NCBI GenBank assembly: GCA_016177405.1 | Contig: JACOVG010000011.1 | Location: forward strand, 7,910 to 71,909 | Reading direction: 5' to 3' | Source of the DNA: Candidatus Omnitrophota bacterium | GTDB lineage: Bacteria; Omnitrophota; Gorgyraeia; 1-14-0-20-64-10 | Length of the DNA stretch: 64,000 nucleotides | Shown: positions 45,785-54,916 of the stretch, one piece after another | Layout of the letters: the number at the start of each line of letters is the position of its first letter | Position numbering within the stretch: the stretch's first letter is position 1 | Translations under genes and position numbers: made by a program | The notes under the pieces: model-generated | The model's input: only the letters and a program-made list of their open reading frames with translations | Databases searched by the model: none | What the model was told of the DNA's origin: nothing

Positions 45785-46981
45785 TCATCGGGCCAGCGTC
45801 TGCGTTAACTTGAAGATGGGCAGGAAGATCGAGAGAACGATCGAGCCCACCACGACCCCCAGGACCGCGATGATGATCGGCTCCAGGGCGCTCGTTAAAC
45901 CGCTCACCGCGGCGTCGACCTGATCGTCATAGAAATCGGCCACCTTGACCAGCATCTCATCCAGCCTCCCGGTCTGCTCCCCCACGCCGATCATCCGGAC
46001 CACCATGGGAGGGAAGACGCCCGAGGCCGCCAGGGGGCCGGCGATGTTCTCCCCTTCCCGGATCGAGTTCCGGACCTCCAGGATCGCCTTGGCGACGACG
46101 CTGTTGCCGGCGGACTCCGCCACAATGTCCAGGGCCCCGAGGATCTGGACGCCGGATTTCACGAGGGTCGCCAGGGTCCTGGCGAATTTGGCAATCGCCA
46201 CCTTCCGGACAATGTTGCCAACAATCATCAGCTTGAGCATCGTCCCGTCGAACCAGAGCCTGCCGCGGGGGGTCTCCAGGGCGCGCCGGGCCCAGAAGAA
46301 GGCCCCCGTGCCAAAGACCAGGCCCGGAAAGAATCCCTTTTGGGCGAAGCCGCTGACCGCGATCAGGATCTTGGTGGGCAGGGGAAGGTCGGCCCCCAGC
46401 TGAACAAAGATCTCCTTGAAGGCCGGGATCACCTTGAGGATCAAGACCGCCGTGATGATCATCGCCATGCTGATGACGATGGCCGGATACACGCAGGCCG
46501 ATTTGACCTTGCGCTGCAGGGCGGCGCTCTTTTCCAGGTACGTGGCCAAGCGGTCCAAGACCTCCGCCAGGTGGCCGCTCGCCTCGCCGGCCTTGACCAT
46601 GCTGACAAACAGGGGCGAGAAGATGGTCTTCTGCTTGGCGATGGCCGCCGTGAAGTTGGTTCCCCCCTCGACCGCCTCCTTGACCCTCGCCACCACCTCG
46701 CGAAGCCTTTTGTTCTCCAGCTGATCGGCCACCGCCTCCAGGCCCCCCACCAGCGGGATCCCCGCGTCCACCAGGGTCGCCATCTGGCGGGAGAAGATCG
46801 CCAGGTCTTCCATCCCCACCCTTCCACCCTTGGCCCCGCTCCCCCTCTGGGATTTCACCGAGATGACGATCAGCCCCTTGCGGTGGAGGGCCTCCAGCAC
46901 CACCTGCTGGGTGGCCACCTCCAGGGTGCCGGTCACGGTCCTTCCATCCTGCATCTTGGCCACATAAGAGAAGCTCGGCAT
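45785..46981 (-). CDS. pilC: type IV pilus / T2SS inner-membrane platform protein (PilC/GspF)
   Basis: Two GspF repeats, each with a cytoplasmic domain followed by TM helices. Confidence 0.85.
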   Translation of the reverse strand: MPSFSYVAKMQDGRTVTGTLEVATQQVVLEALHRKGLIVISVKSQRGSGAKGGRVGMEDLAIFSRQMATLVDAGIPLVGGLEAVADQLENKRLREVVARVKEAVEGGTNFTAAIAKQKTIFSPLFVSMVKAGEASGHLAEVLDRLATYLEKSAALQRKVKSACVYPAIVISMAMIITAVLILKVIPAFKEIFVQLGADLPLPTKILIAVSGFAQKGFFPGLVFGTGAFFWARRALETPRGRLWFDGTMLKLMIVGNIVRKVAIAKFARTLATLVKSGVQILGALDIVAESAGNSVVAKAILEVRNSIREGENIAGPLAASGVFPPMVVRMIGVGEQTGRLDEMLVKVADFYDDQVDAAVSGLTSALEPIIIAVLGVVVGSIVLSIFLPIFKLTQTLAR

Positions 46982-46983
46982 GG

Positions 46984-48687
46984 CTATTCCTCGCTGGTCA
47001 CCCGGACGATCTCGTCCAAAGAGGTGCGGCCGGCCAAAAGGTGCTCTATCCCCTCCTGCCGCAGACTCTTCATGCCGTGGCCGGCGGCATAGGTTCTGAT
47101 CTCATCCGGCGGCCTCTTGGCGATGATCATCTCGCGGATCTTGTCCTCCACCAGCATCGCCTCCAGGATCGCGAAGCGGCCCCGATAGCCGGTCTTCCGG
47201 CAGTAGGGACAGCCCTTCCCGGTGAAGATCTGCGCCCCCTTGGGAAGGATGAGCCCCCATTCTTTCAAGCGCGCGGGGTCCGGAGTCTCCGGGACCTTGC
47301 AGCGGGGGCAAAGCTGCCGGCAGAGGCGCTGGGCCGCCACAAAGATGAGGCTCGAGGCCAGCAGGAAGGGGTCCACCCCCATGTCCACCAGCCGCGTGAT
47401 GGAGCTGGGGGCGTCGTTGGTGTGCAGGGTGGACAGAACGATCTGCCCGGTGAGCGACGCCTTGATCGCGATGTCGGCCGTTTCCCCGTCGCGGATCTCC
47501 CCCACCAGCACCACATCGGGCGCCTGGCGCAGGAAGGCCCTCAAGGCCGAGGCGAAGGTGAGCTGGATCTCCGGATTCACCTGAACCTGGGTGATCCCCT
47601 CCACCTGATACTCCACGGGGTCTTCCACCGTCAGGATGTTCCGGCCGGGGTCGTTGAGCTGATTGAGGACCGAATAGAGGGTGGTGGACTTGCCGCTTCC
47701 GGTGGGCCCGGTCACAAGGATCAATCCGTAGGGCCTGCCGGTGGCCTTCTTGAAGGCCGCCAGCGAGCTGGGCAGGAAGCCCAGCTGATCCAGACTCACC
47801 GAAAGGTTGCTCTTATCCAGCGCCCGCATCACCATCTTGTTGCCGAAGGAGATCGGCAGGGCCGACACGCGGAAATCGACCTCCTTGCCCTCCATCCGAA
47901 CCTTGAAGCGGCCGTCCTGGGGAAGGCGGTTCTCGGTGATGTCCAGCCCCGACATGATCTTGAGCCTCGTGACAAAGGCATTCTGATGCCGCTTGGCCAG
48001 CTGAAAGGCTTCCACCAAGGCTCCGTCGATCCGATAGCGAACCCGGACGGCATCCTCGTAAGGCTCGACATGGATGTCGCTGGCGCGCCCCTTCAAGGCA
48101 TCCGAGATCATCAGGTCCACCACCTTGACGATGGACGTCCTTTTAAGCGACATCCCGAAGGCGGTCAGGTCCACCACCTCCTCTTCCTTGGAGGCCTGCT
48201 CGGCGGCCGCTTCGGGAACGGACTCCAGAAAGGCCTCGATCTGCTCCACCGGACGCTGGTAGAGGCGGACGATCGCCTGGTCGATGTCGGCGCCGGAGGC
48301 GATCACCGGAGAAATCTCGTAGGCCGTCAGCATGGTCAGGTCGTCCAGGGCCAGAACATTCAGGGGATCCTCCATCGCCACCGACAGGCGCTTGCCGAGC
48401 CGGGAAACCGGGACCAGCCGGTATTGCCGGGCGATCCGTTCGGGAACCACCTCGGCCAAACCGGCGTCGATCGTGTAGCGGGAAAGATTGATCGGGGGCA
48501 GCCCCAGCCCCCGGGAAAGGGTGGCCAGCAGCTCCTGCTGGGTGACCACCTTCTCCTCCACCAGGACGGCGCCGAAGCTCTTGCCCCGGCTCCTGGCCAG
48601 CTCCAGCAGGCCGGCGATCTTGGAGCGGTCGATTCCCTTCTCCGCCGCCAGCAGGTCCACCACCTTTTGTCTCAACGATTCGGCCAT
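46984..48687 (-). CDS. pilB: PilB/GspE-family secretion ATPase (paralog 1)
   Basis: GspE N1 domain, Walker A GPTGSGKST, Asp/His boxes, tetracysteine CRQLCPRC...CPYC. ATG at 48687; the ORF-track N-terminus is an over-extension. Confidence 0.85.
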   Translation of the reverse strand: MAESLRQKVVDLLAAEKGIDRSKIAGLLELARSRGKSFGAVLVEEKVVTQQELLATLSRGLGLPPINLSRYTIDAGLAEVVPERIARQYRLVPVSRLGKRLSVAMEDPLNVLALDDLTMLTAYEISPVIASGADIDQAIVRLYQRPVEQIEAFLESVPEAAAEQASKEEEVVDLTAFGMSLKRTSIVKVVDLMISDALKGRASDIHVEPYEDAVRVRYRIDGALVEAFQLAKRHQNAFVTRLKIMSGLDITENRLPQDGRFKVRMEGKEVDFRVSALPISFGNKMVMRALDKSNLSVSLDQLGFLPSSLAAFKKATGRPYGLILVTGPTGSGKSTTLYSVLNQLNDPGRNILTVEDPVEYQVEGITQVQVNPEIQLTFASALRAFLRQAPDVVLVGEIRDGETADIAIKASLTGQIVLSTLHTNDAPSSITRLVDMGVDPFLLASSLIFVAAQRLCRQLCPRCKVPETPDPARLKEWGLILPKGAQIFTGKGCPYCRKTGYRGRFAILEAMLVEDKIREMIIAKRPPDEIRTYAAGHGMKSLRQEGIEHLLAGRTSLDEIVRVTSEE

Positions 48688-48692
48688 CGATC

Positions 48693-50456
48693 TTACTCCT
48701 GATAGCCCACCGTGGTTCTCGCCACCTCTTCGAGCGGAATGAGCCCCAGGGCCGCCTTGGCGACGGCGTGGTCCCTCAAGGATGGAAAGCCGGCCGCCCG
48801 GGCCATCTCCCGAAGCTCCATGGAGGAGGCCCCCGCCGCCACCTTCCGCCTCAACTCCGCGGTCAGAGGAACCGCTTCCAGGAGTCCTACCCGGCCCGCC
48901 AGGCCGGTCCCCCGGCAATCGTTGCAGCCCTTGCCGCTCGCGTAACGGCCCTCCGGCGGCAAACCATAGAGCTCGATCAACTCCTTGGGGGGCTGGTAGG
49001 GTTTCTTGCAGCGCGGGCAGATCCGCCGGGGGAGCCGCTGGGCCCCGACCAGCAGGACGCAGGAAGCGATGAGGTACGGCTCGATCCCCATGTTCACGAG
49101 CCGCGCCACCGCCCCGATGGCGTCGTTGGTGTGCAGGGTGGACAAGACGAGGTGTCCGGTCAAGGCGGCCTTGACGGCGATGTCGGCCGTCTCCCCGTCG
49201 CGGATCTCCCCCACCATGATGACGTTGGGATCCTGCCTCAAGATGGAACGCAAGGCCGCCGCGAAGGTGAGGCCGATGTCGGGTCGGATGGCGACCTGGT
49301 TGACGCCGGCCAAATCGAACTCCACCGGATCCTCCACGGTCACGAGGTTTCTCTCTGGGCGGTCCACCACCTTGAGCAGGGAGTACATGGTGGTGGTCTT
49401 GCCCGAGCCCGTGGGCCCCGTGATGAGCACCATCCCGTGGGGGTGAGCCACCGCCTTCTTCAAACCCGAGAGGGGCTCCGGCTCGAAGCCCAGGCGGTCG
49501 ATCTCCAGCACCACCTGGCTCTTGTCCAGGATTCTCATGCAGGCCTTCTCCCCGTAATAGGAAGGGATCACCGACACGCGGAAATCCACCTCATGGCCGG
49601 CCGCCGAAAATTTGATCCGGCCGTCCTGGGGCAGCCGGTGCTCGGCGATGTTGAGGTTGGACATGACCTTGATCCTGGAGACGATCCCGGTGTGCATGGC
49701 CGCCGGCAAGGGCTCTCCCTCTCGGAAGACCCCGTCCACGCGGAACCGGACCCGAAGCTTTTTCTCAAAGGGCTCCACCAGGATGTCGCTCGCCTTGAGG
49801 TTCACCCCCTGGGTCAGGATGGCGTTGGTCACCTTCACCACCGGGACCTCCTCGGTCAGCCGGACCAGATCCTCCACCTTCTGCTGGATCTGGCCGCGCC
49901 CTTCCGACAAGATTTCGATCCGGGCCCCGCCCTGCGCTTGGCCCCTCAATTCCTCCAGGGTGTCGGTGATCGCCCCGCCATAGAGGCGCCGCAGGGCCTC
50001 CTGAATCTCCTCCGCCGTGGTGATGAAGGGGCTTAAGGTGAGGCCCGTGGTCTGGGAAAGATGATCCAGCGCCAAAACATTCAAGGGATCGGCCATCGCC
50101 ACGGTGAGCTGGTTGGCCAGCCGGGAGACCGGAACGATCTGATAATGAAAGGCGAGCTTGCGGGAAATCAGCTTGGCCATCTGCGGATCCAGCTCCATCT
50201 TGGAAAGGCTGATGGAGGGAATGGAGAGGACTTGGCTCAAGGCGGAGGCCAGGGCCCGGGATTCGACCAGCCCCAAACGGGAGAGGACCTGCCCCAGCGA
50301 CCCGCCCTCCTTCTGCTGGATCTCCAGGGCCTTGTCCAGATCTTCCCGCTTCATGAGCTTCTGGGCGATGAGGGCCTCGATGACCCTGTCCTTCACTCCC
50401 TTGGGCTTGTTGGCCGCGGTCCTGTCGGGACTCTTATCCGCCATCGGACGCTCCAT
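48693..50456 (-). CDS. PilB/GspE-family secretion ATPase (paralog 2)
   Basis: GspE N1 domain, Walker A GPTGSGKTT, tetracysteine CPRCKK...CNDCRGTG. Start ATG at 50456 or 50445. Confidence 0.85.
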   Translation of the reverse strand: MERPMADKSPDRTAANKPKGVKDRVIEALIAQKLMKREDLDKALEIQQKEGGSLGQVLSRLGLVESRALASALSQVLSIPSISLSKMELDPQMAKLISRKLAFHYQIVPVSRLANQLTVAMADPLNVLALDHLSQTTGLTLSPFITTAEEIQEALRRLYGGAITDTLEELRGQAQGGARIEILSEGRGQIQQKVEDLVRLTEEVPVVKVTNAILTQGVNLKASDILVEPFEKKLRVRFRVDGVFREGEPLPAAMHTGIVSRIKVMSNLNIAEHRLPQDGRIKFSAAGHEVDFRVSVIPSYYGEKACMRILDKSQVVLEIDRLGFEPEPLSGLKKAVAHPHGMVLITGPTGSGKTTTMYSLLKVVDRPERNLVTVEDPVEFDLAGVNQVAIRPDIGLTFAAALRSILRQDPNVIMVGEIRDGETADIAVKAALTGHLVLSTLHTNDAIGAVARLVNMGIEPYLIASCVLLVGAQRLPRRICPRCKKPYQPPKELIELYGLPPEGRYASGKGCNDCRGTGLAGRVGLLEAVPLTAELRRKVAAGASSMELREMARAAGFPSLRDHAVAKAALGLIPLEEVARTTVGYQE

Positions 50457-50892
50457 AGTGGCGCTGGATGGCCTCGGCCACATCGCTTAGGGTGGAAACA
50501 AAGACCTGCACCGAGCAGCGGCTCAACATCTCGATGTCCTCCACCGCGTGGGAGTTCAAGGGGTCGGCCATGGCCACCGTCAAGGTGTCGCCGATCCGGT
50601 CCACCGGCACCAGGCAGTACTGGCGGGCCACGTTCTCGGGGATCAGGCGCACCAGCTCCGTCTCAATCGAGTAGTGCTTCAGGGGAAGAAACGGAAAGCC
50701 GTACTGGCTGGTCAGGGCCTGGGCCACCGCCTCCTCCGAGGCGAAGCCCAGCGTCACCAGGATCTGGCCCAGCAGCCCTCCCTTGTCCTGCTGGACCTGG
50801 AGCGCCTGGGTGAGCTGTTCGGGCGTGATCACCTTGCGCTCCACCAGGAGCTCTCCCAGCTGCTTGGCAATCACCCGGCGTGGCGGCGTCAT
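50434..50892 (-). CDS. standalone GspE-N-terminal (MshEN-like) domain protein
   Basis: 152 aa, with no ATPase domain. Two MshEN-type repeats (QLGELLVERKVITPEQLTQALQVQQ and LLGQILVTLGFASEEAVAQALTSQ) plus a T2SSE_N core (ARQYCLVPVDRIGDTLTVAMADPLN). Confidence 0.7.
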   Translation of the reverse strand: MTPPRRVIAKQLGELLVERKVITPEQLTQALQVQQDKGGLLGQILVTLGFASEEAVAQALTSQYGFPFLPLKHYSIETELVRLIPENVARQYCLVPVDRIGDTLTVAMADPLNSHAVEDIEMLSRCSVQVFVSTLSDVAEAIQRHYGASDGG

Positions 50893-50910
50893 CTAAAGCT
50901 CCCTGAACCC

Positions 50911-51987
50911 CTAGCGTTGAATCAACCGAAGAAGCTCTTCCGTATCCGTGGTTCTGGCCAGAGCCTCCTCATAGGCGATCTGTTTGTTCAGATACAGCTC
51001 CGCCAGCGACTGGTTCATGGTCCGCATCCCATCCCGCTGGCTCGTCTGAATCACCGAGTAAAGCTGATGCCCCTTCCCCTCCCGGACCAAGGCCCGGACG
51101 GCCGGCGTGGCCACGAGAAGCTCCAGGGCCAGGATCCGCCCCGTATTGGCGGCCTTGGGAATCAGCTGCTGTGAGAGGACCGCCAGCAGGACGAAGGAAA
51201 GCTGAATCCTCACCTGCTGCTGCTGGTGAGAGGGAAAGACGTCCACCACCCGGTTCACCGTCTGGACGGCGTCGGAGGTGTGCAGGGTGGCCAGCACCAG
51301 GTGGCCCGTCTCCGCGATGTTGAGGGCCGCTTCGATCGTCTCCAGGTCCCGCATCTCCCCGATCAGGATCACGTTCGGATCCTGCCGGAGGATGTGCTTC
51401 AGCGCCGCCTTGAAGGTGAGGGAATCGGCCCCAATCTCCCGCTGATCCACGATGGCCTGCTGGTTCTGGTAGACGTACTCGATGGGGTCCTCGATCGTCA
51501 CCACGTGGCACTTGCGATTCAGATTGATCCACTGCACCATGGAGGCCAGGGTAGTGGACTTGCCGCTTCCGGTGGCCCCGGTGATCAGGATCAAACCCTT
51601 CTGTTTCCGGCAGAGCTCTTCCATGAGCTTGACCGGCAGCCCGCAGTCCTCGAAGGTCCGCAGCTCGAAAGGCAGCGCCCGGATCGCCGCTCCGATGGAT
51701 CCCCTCTGAAGAAAGACGTTCACCCTGAACCGGGCCACCCCCTCGACCCCGAACGACATGTCCAGCTCCTTCTCCTTCTCGAAGGCCGCTATCTGCTCCG
51801 GATTGAGCAGGCTGTAGATCAGCTCCCGGGCCGCCTCGGCCCTCAAGGGGGGCTGTTCGGTGGGAAGGAGATCCTCATCGATCCGCAGCACGGGCGGGGA
51901 GCCCACCGTCAGGTGCAGGTCGGAAGCCCGCTTGGCCACCATCAACTTCAAGAGATCCTGAATCAAGCCGTTGTCTTTGTTGGACAT
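50911..51987 (-). CDS. pilT: twitching-motility retraction ATPase PilT
   Basis: Walker A GATGSGKST. PilT-specific AIRNLIRE-like region. 358 aa. Confidence 0.9.
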   Translation of the reverse strand: MSNKDNGLIQDLLKLMVAKRASDLHLTVGSPPVLRIDEDLLPTEQPPLRAEAARELIYSLLNPEQIAAFEKEKELDMSFGVEGVARFRVNVFLQRGSIGAAIRALPFELRTFEDCGLPVKLMEELCRKQKGLILITGATGSGKSTTLASMVQWINLNRKCHVVTIEDPIEYVYQNQQAIVDQREIGADSLTFKAALKHILRQDPNVILIGEMRDLETIEAALNIAETGHLVLATLHTSDAVQTVNRVVDVFPSHQQQQVRIQLSFVLLAVLSQQLIPKAANTGRILALELLVATPAVRALVREGKGHQLYSVIQTSQRDGMRTMNQSLAELYLNKQIAYEEALARTTDTEELLRLIQR

Positions 51988-51997
51988 GGCATCCTCC

Positions 51998-53380
51998 CTA
52001 AGCCACCACCCGGTTCTTGCCCTGCAGCTTCGCCGCCTTCATAGAGGAAAGGGCCTTGGCGAAAAGCTCCTCGCCGGTGGCCCCATCGATGGGGTTTTCG
52101 CTCACTCCCCCCGAGACCGTGATGGAACAGGGCAAGGGCTTCGGGCCGTTCTTGAAGGCGGTCTCGCCGATCTGGCGGCGGATCGCCTCGGCCAGCTCAA
52201 TCGCCTCCCGCTTGTTCCGCTCGGGCAGCACCAGGGCGAACTCATCCGCCGAGGTCCTGCCGATCCGGTCCACCTCGCTCGCCTTCGCCTTCAGGATCTC
52301 CGAAACCTGACGCAGCGTCCCCTCGGCCGCCAATCCCCCGTAGAGATCGGTGAACTGCCGGAAATTGTCCAGGTTGATCACCACCAGCGAGCAGGGCCGG
52401 TGGTAGCGGATCGCCCGGCGGACCTCCTCATCCAGGCGGCTACTCATGTACGAGGCGTTGTACAAACCGGTCAGCTCGTCGATCACCTTCAGCTCCTCGG
52501 CCCGCTTGGCCAGCAGATCGTTCTCGATGGCGATCGCCATCTGCTTGGCGAAGACCTTGTAGAGATCGATCGCGTCCTCGGTGTAGGTGAAGTCGGGTTT
52601 CCGGTTGGCGCAGATCAGGATCCCTATCCCCTGCCCGATCGACACGAGCGGCTGGCAAACGGCGTTCGACATCCCAAAAAGCTCCTGAAGGAGCTCCCCG
52701 GAATGGCCCTTCGCCGCCTCGCCGTCTATGACGAGAACCTGGTTCTCTTTTAACATCTTGGCCAGCCACGGAGCCGTGAGCCTCGTCTTCAGAAGGGTCT
52801 GGACCTGTTCGGGATAAACCCCCATCGCCGAACGGATCACGAAGGTGTTGGCCTCCGGGGCGGGCTCGAGCAGGCAGTTGAGCTCCGCCTCCTCCAGCTG
52901 GGAGAGCTTCTCCAGGATGAAGCGGATCACCTCCTCCACCTTGGCCGACTGGGTGATGAGATTGCTCACCTGAAGCAGGTGAGAGAAGGTCAGGATTCTC
53001 CGGTTGATCTCGAGGTTAAGGTGTTTGGTCTGCTCCCCGTAGACCCTCAATTGGGACATGTTCTCCCGGACCTTGGAGGTGATCTGGTTGAGCGCCAGGC
53101 CCAGGGTGCCTATCTCGTCCGGAGCCCTCACCTCCACCTGCCGCTCCAAGTGCCCCTCGGCGATCGCCTGGGCCTCGGAGGCCAGCTTCACCACGGGCAA
53201 AACCAGATTCCGGGCCACGAGGAATCCCAAGAAGGCGATCGTGATGGCCAGAACCACGATGATCGACAGGTCCCACACCGATTCGAGGTTAGGAAAGACA
53301 TAGTTCGTCAAGATGTATCCCAAGACCAGCAGGGGCACGACGGACATCAGGGAAAAGGCCACAATCAGCTTCTCCCGCAT
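51998..53380 (-). CDS. membrane HAMP-(GAF-like)-GGDEF-domain protein with degenerate active-site motif (SADEF)
   Basis: Two TM helices, a HAMP-like segment, and a C-terminal GGDEF fold (DELTGLYN...INLDNFRQFTDLYG). The signature reads RIGRTSADEF rather than RxGG(D/E)EF. Start placed at MREKLIVAFSLMS. Confidence 0.7.
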   Translation of the reverse strand: MREKLIVAFSLMSVVPLLVLGYILTNYVFPNLESVWDLSIIVVLAITIAFLGFLVARNLVLPVVKLASEAQAIAEGHLERQVEVRAPDEIGTLGLALNQITSKVRENMSQLRVYGEQTKHLNLEINRRILTFSHLLQVSNLITQSAKVEEVIRFILEKLSQLEEAELNCLLEPAPEANTFVIRSAMGVYPEQVQTLLKTRLTAPWLAKMLKENQVLVIDGEAAKGHSGELLQELFGMSNAVCQPLVSIGQGIGILICANRKPDFTYTEDAIDLYKVFAKQMAIAIENDLLAKRAEELKVIDELTGLYNASYMSSRLDEEVRRAIRYHRPCSLVVINLDNFRQFTDLYGGLAAEGTLRQVSEILKAKASEVDRIGRTSADEFALVLPERNKREAIELAEAIRRQIGETAFKNGPKPLPCSITVSGGVSENPIDGATGEELFAKALSSMKAAKLQGKNRVVA

Positions 53381-53436
53381 CCCCTTGGGCAGCAACGACC
53401 GCGGGGAGGCGGAAGCGATGGGCGCCAAACGGCTGG

Positions 53437-53643
53437 TCAGCTCCGCCTTTGGTACTGTTCTCTCATCCATCGGTCTATCTCCTCTTTTTGGAATCTCCAC
53501 TGCCGGCCGATCCGGGTCGCGGGCATGGAGCGCTCCTTGGCCAGGCGGTAAACGGTGAAGCGGCTCACCTGCATGTAGGCCGCCACCTCCTCAATCGTCA
53601 TCAACCGATTCATCTCGTTCATCATTTGTCCCACCACTGCCAA
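53437..53643 (-). CDS. excisionase/MerR-type HTH DNA-binding protein
   Basis: MTIEEVAAYMQVSRFTVYRLAKERSMPATRIGRQWRFQKEEIDRWM. 68 aa or shorter depending on the start. Confidence 0.6.
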   Translation of the reverse strand: MAVVGQMMNEMNRLMTIEEVAAYMQVSRFTVYRLAKERSMPATRIGRQWRFQKEEIDRWMREQYQRRS

Positions 53644-53760
53644 GTATGGCTAACTCCTGCTCATTAAATCAATAGCTTGGCGAATTCTGCTCATTGTGCC
53701 TTTGCACAAATTACCCCCGCCCCGCCCCCCCTCCCCCGGTGGGTGGCCACGCGTCGCTGG

Positions 53761-54153
53761 GCTGCCCAGGACTCCCGGAACCCCCGTTCGGGGTGTCCCT
53801 GCGCGCATCGCTCGAGCGCCCCAGCGTGGCGCTCTCACTCTACCCTCGGCTGCCCTCTCCCAGGAGGGTAGCTCGCTGGGAACCATGCCCGGGCAGCCTC
53901 GGGAGGTGCGCTTCGGGACATCCCCTCGCGTGGGTTCCTCTCTCACCGGCCCTCCCGTTGGCATCTTACGAGGAGACGGATCGGAGTGCGGGGTGAGACT
54001 GCGGCCACGGGTGACGCCGGAGGGAGGACCCGCCGCCGCGCCCGCAGGCCGAAGGCCGCGGACGGACGGCGGGAGTACCCGCAGGCGGCAGGACCCGTGG
54101 CCGCTTGAGACGCAGGGACACCCCGAACGGGGGTTCCGATACTCCAGGGCAGC
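53761..54153. repeat. noncoding element of about 390 bp bounded by 43-nt imperfect terminal inverted repeats (MITE-like or large structured RNA)
   Basis: Left repeat gctgcccaggactcccggaacccccgttcggggtgtccctgcg (53761-53803). Right repeat cgcagggacaccccgaacgggggttccgatactccagggcagc (54111-54153). The two share a 28-nt perfect core. Internal hairpins such as ctaccctc...gagggtag. No credible ORF. Confidence 0.55.
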
Positions 54154-54202
54154 CCGACCGTGGACGGAGGAGGAGGGGTGGGCGTCTGATGCCGGGGCGG
54201 GG

Positions 54203-54916
54203 TCATCGGGGATTGCGGAGGCGGCGGGTCCAGTCGTAAAAGCCGCTCAACCGCAGATGGAACCCCAGGCGGGAGCGTTCCCAGGAGTGGGCTGTGATCC
54301 TGCGCAGGGCGAAGAGGTCCACGGGCCGGCGCCGGTAACCCCGGTTGGTGGTGCAGGCGGCCCGGTAACCCGCCTCTCGGGCCAGCTGGGCGATTCTAAG
54401 GCAATACCCCCCGCCGGGATAGCTCAAGAATTCAACCGGCTTGCCCAGAAGGGATTCCAGCTTGGCCTTGGACACCGTCAGCTCCTGCTGGACAGACTCA
54501 AGCGTTTTCTCAGGCAGGTAGGCGTGTCCGCTGGTATGGCTCCCGAAGGAGATTCCTCCGCGCTCCATCTCCAGGATTTGATCGGCGTTAAGAAACCCGG
54601 GTTTTCCGATGTTGTCCGTGATCACAAAGATGAGGGCCGGCAATCCCAAGCGTTTCAAGACCGGGAAGGCGTACCGGTGGTTGTCCTCGGTGCCGTCGTC
54701 AAAGGTGATCACCACCGACCGCCCGGACAGGCGCCTCTTTCCCTCCAGCCCGGAAGCCAGATCGGCCATGGAGATCACCTTCCATCCCTTGGCCAGCCAT
54801 TCCATCTGACGCTCGAAGGCCTGGGGGGTGAGGGTGGGCGTGTCGGTTCTCCTGACCGGATCCAGGCGGTGATAGGTGAGGATGGGCGGATACCGATAAG
54901 GCAGTGTCCAGGTCAT
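54203..54916 (-). CDS. polysaccharide deacetylase (NodB/CE4 family)
   Basis: TFDDG motif (VVITFDDGTEDN) and His-containing motifs (SHTSGH). Confidence 0.8.
   Translation of the reverse strand: MTWTLPYRYPPILTYHRLDPVRRTDTPTLTPQAFERQMEWLAKGWKVISMADLASGLEGKRRLSGRSVVITFDDGTEDNHRYAFPVLKRLGLPALIFVITDNIGKPGFLNADQILEMERGGISFGSHTSGHAYLPEKTLESVQQELTVSKAKLESLLGKPVEFLSYPGGGYCLRIAQLAREAGYRAACTTNRGYRRRPVDLFALRRITAHSWERSRLGFHLRLSGFYDWTRRLRNPR

Noticed and set aside
746-53643. Three excisionase-family HTH genes (746-1090, 1033-1554 C-terminus, 53437-53643) as possible prophage or integrative-element markers
   Set aside because: No integrase, recombinase, phage structural gene or att-like direct repeat is anywhere in the window. 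The HTHs are embedded in chromosomal operons and are more likely ordinary MerR-superfamily regulators.
53650-53964. Minus-strand ORF of 104 aa, and 53943-54206 of 87 aa, inside the inverted-repeat element
   Set aside because: Gly/Arg/Pro-rich low complexity with no start context. They overlap the structured noncoding element and were considered non-coding.
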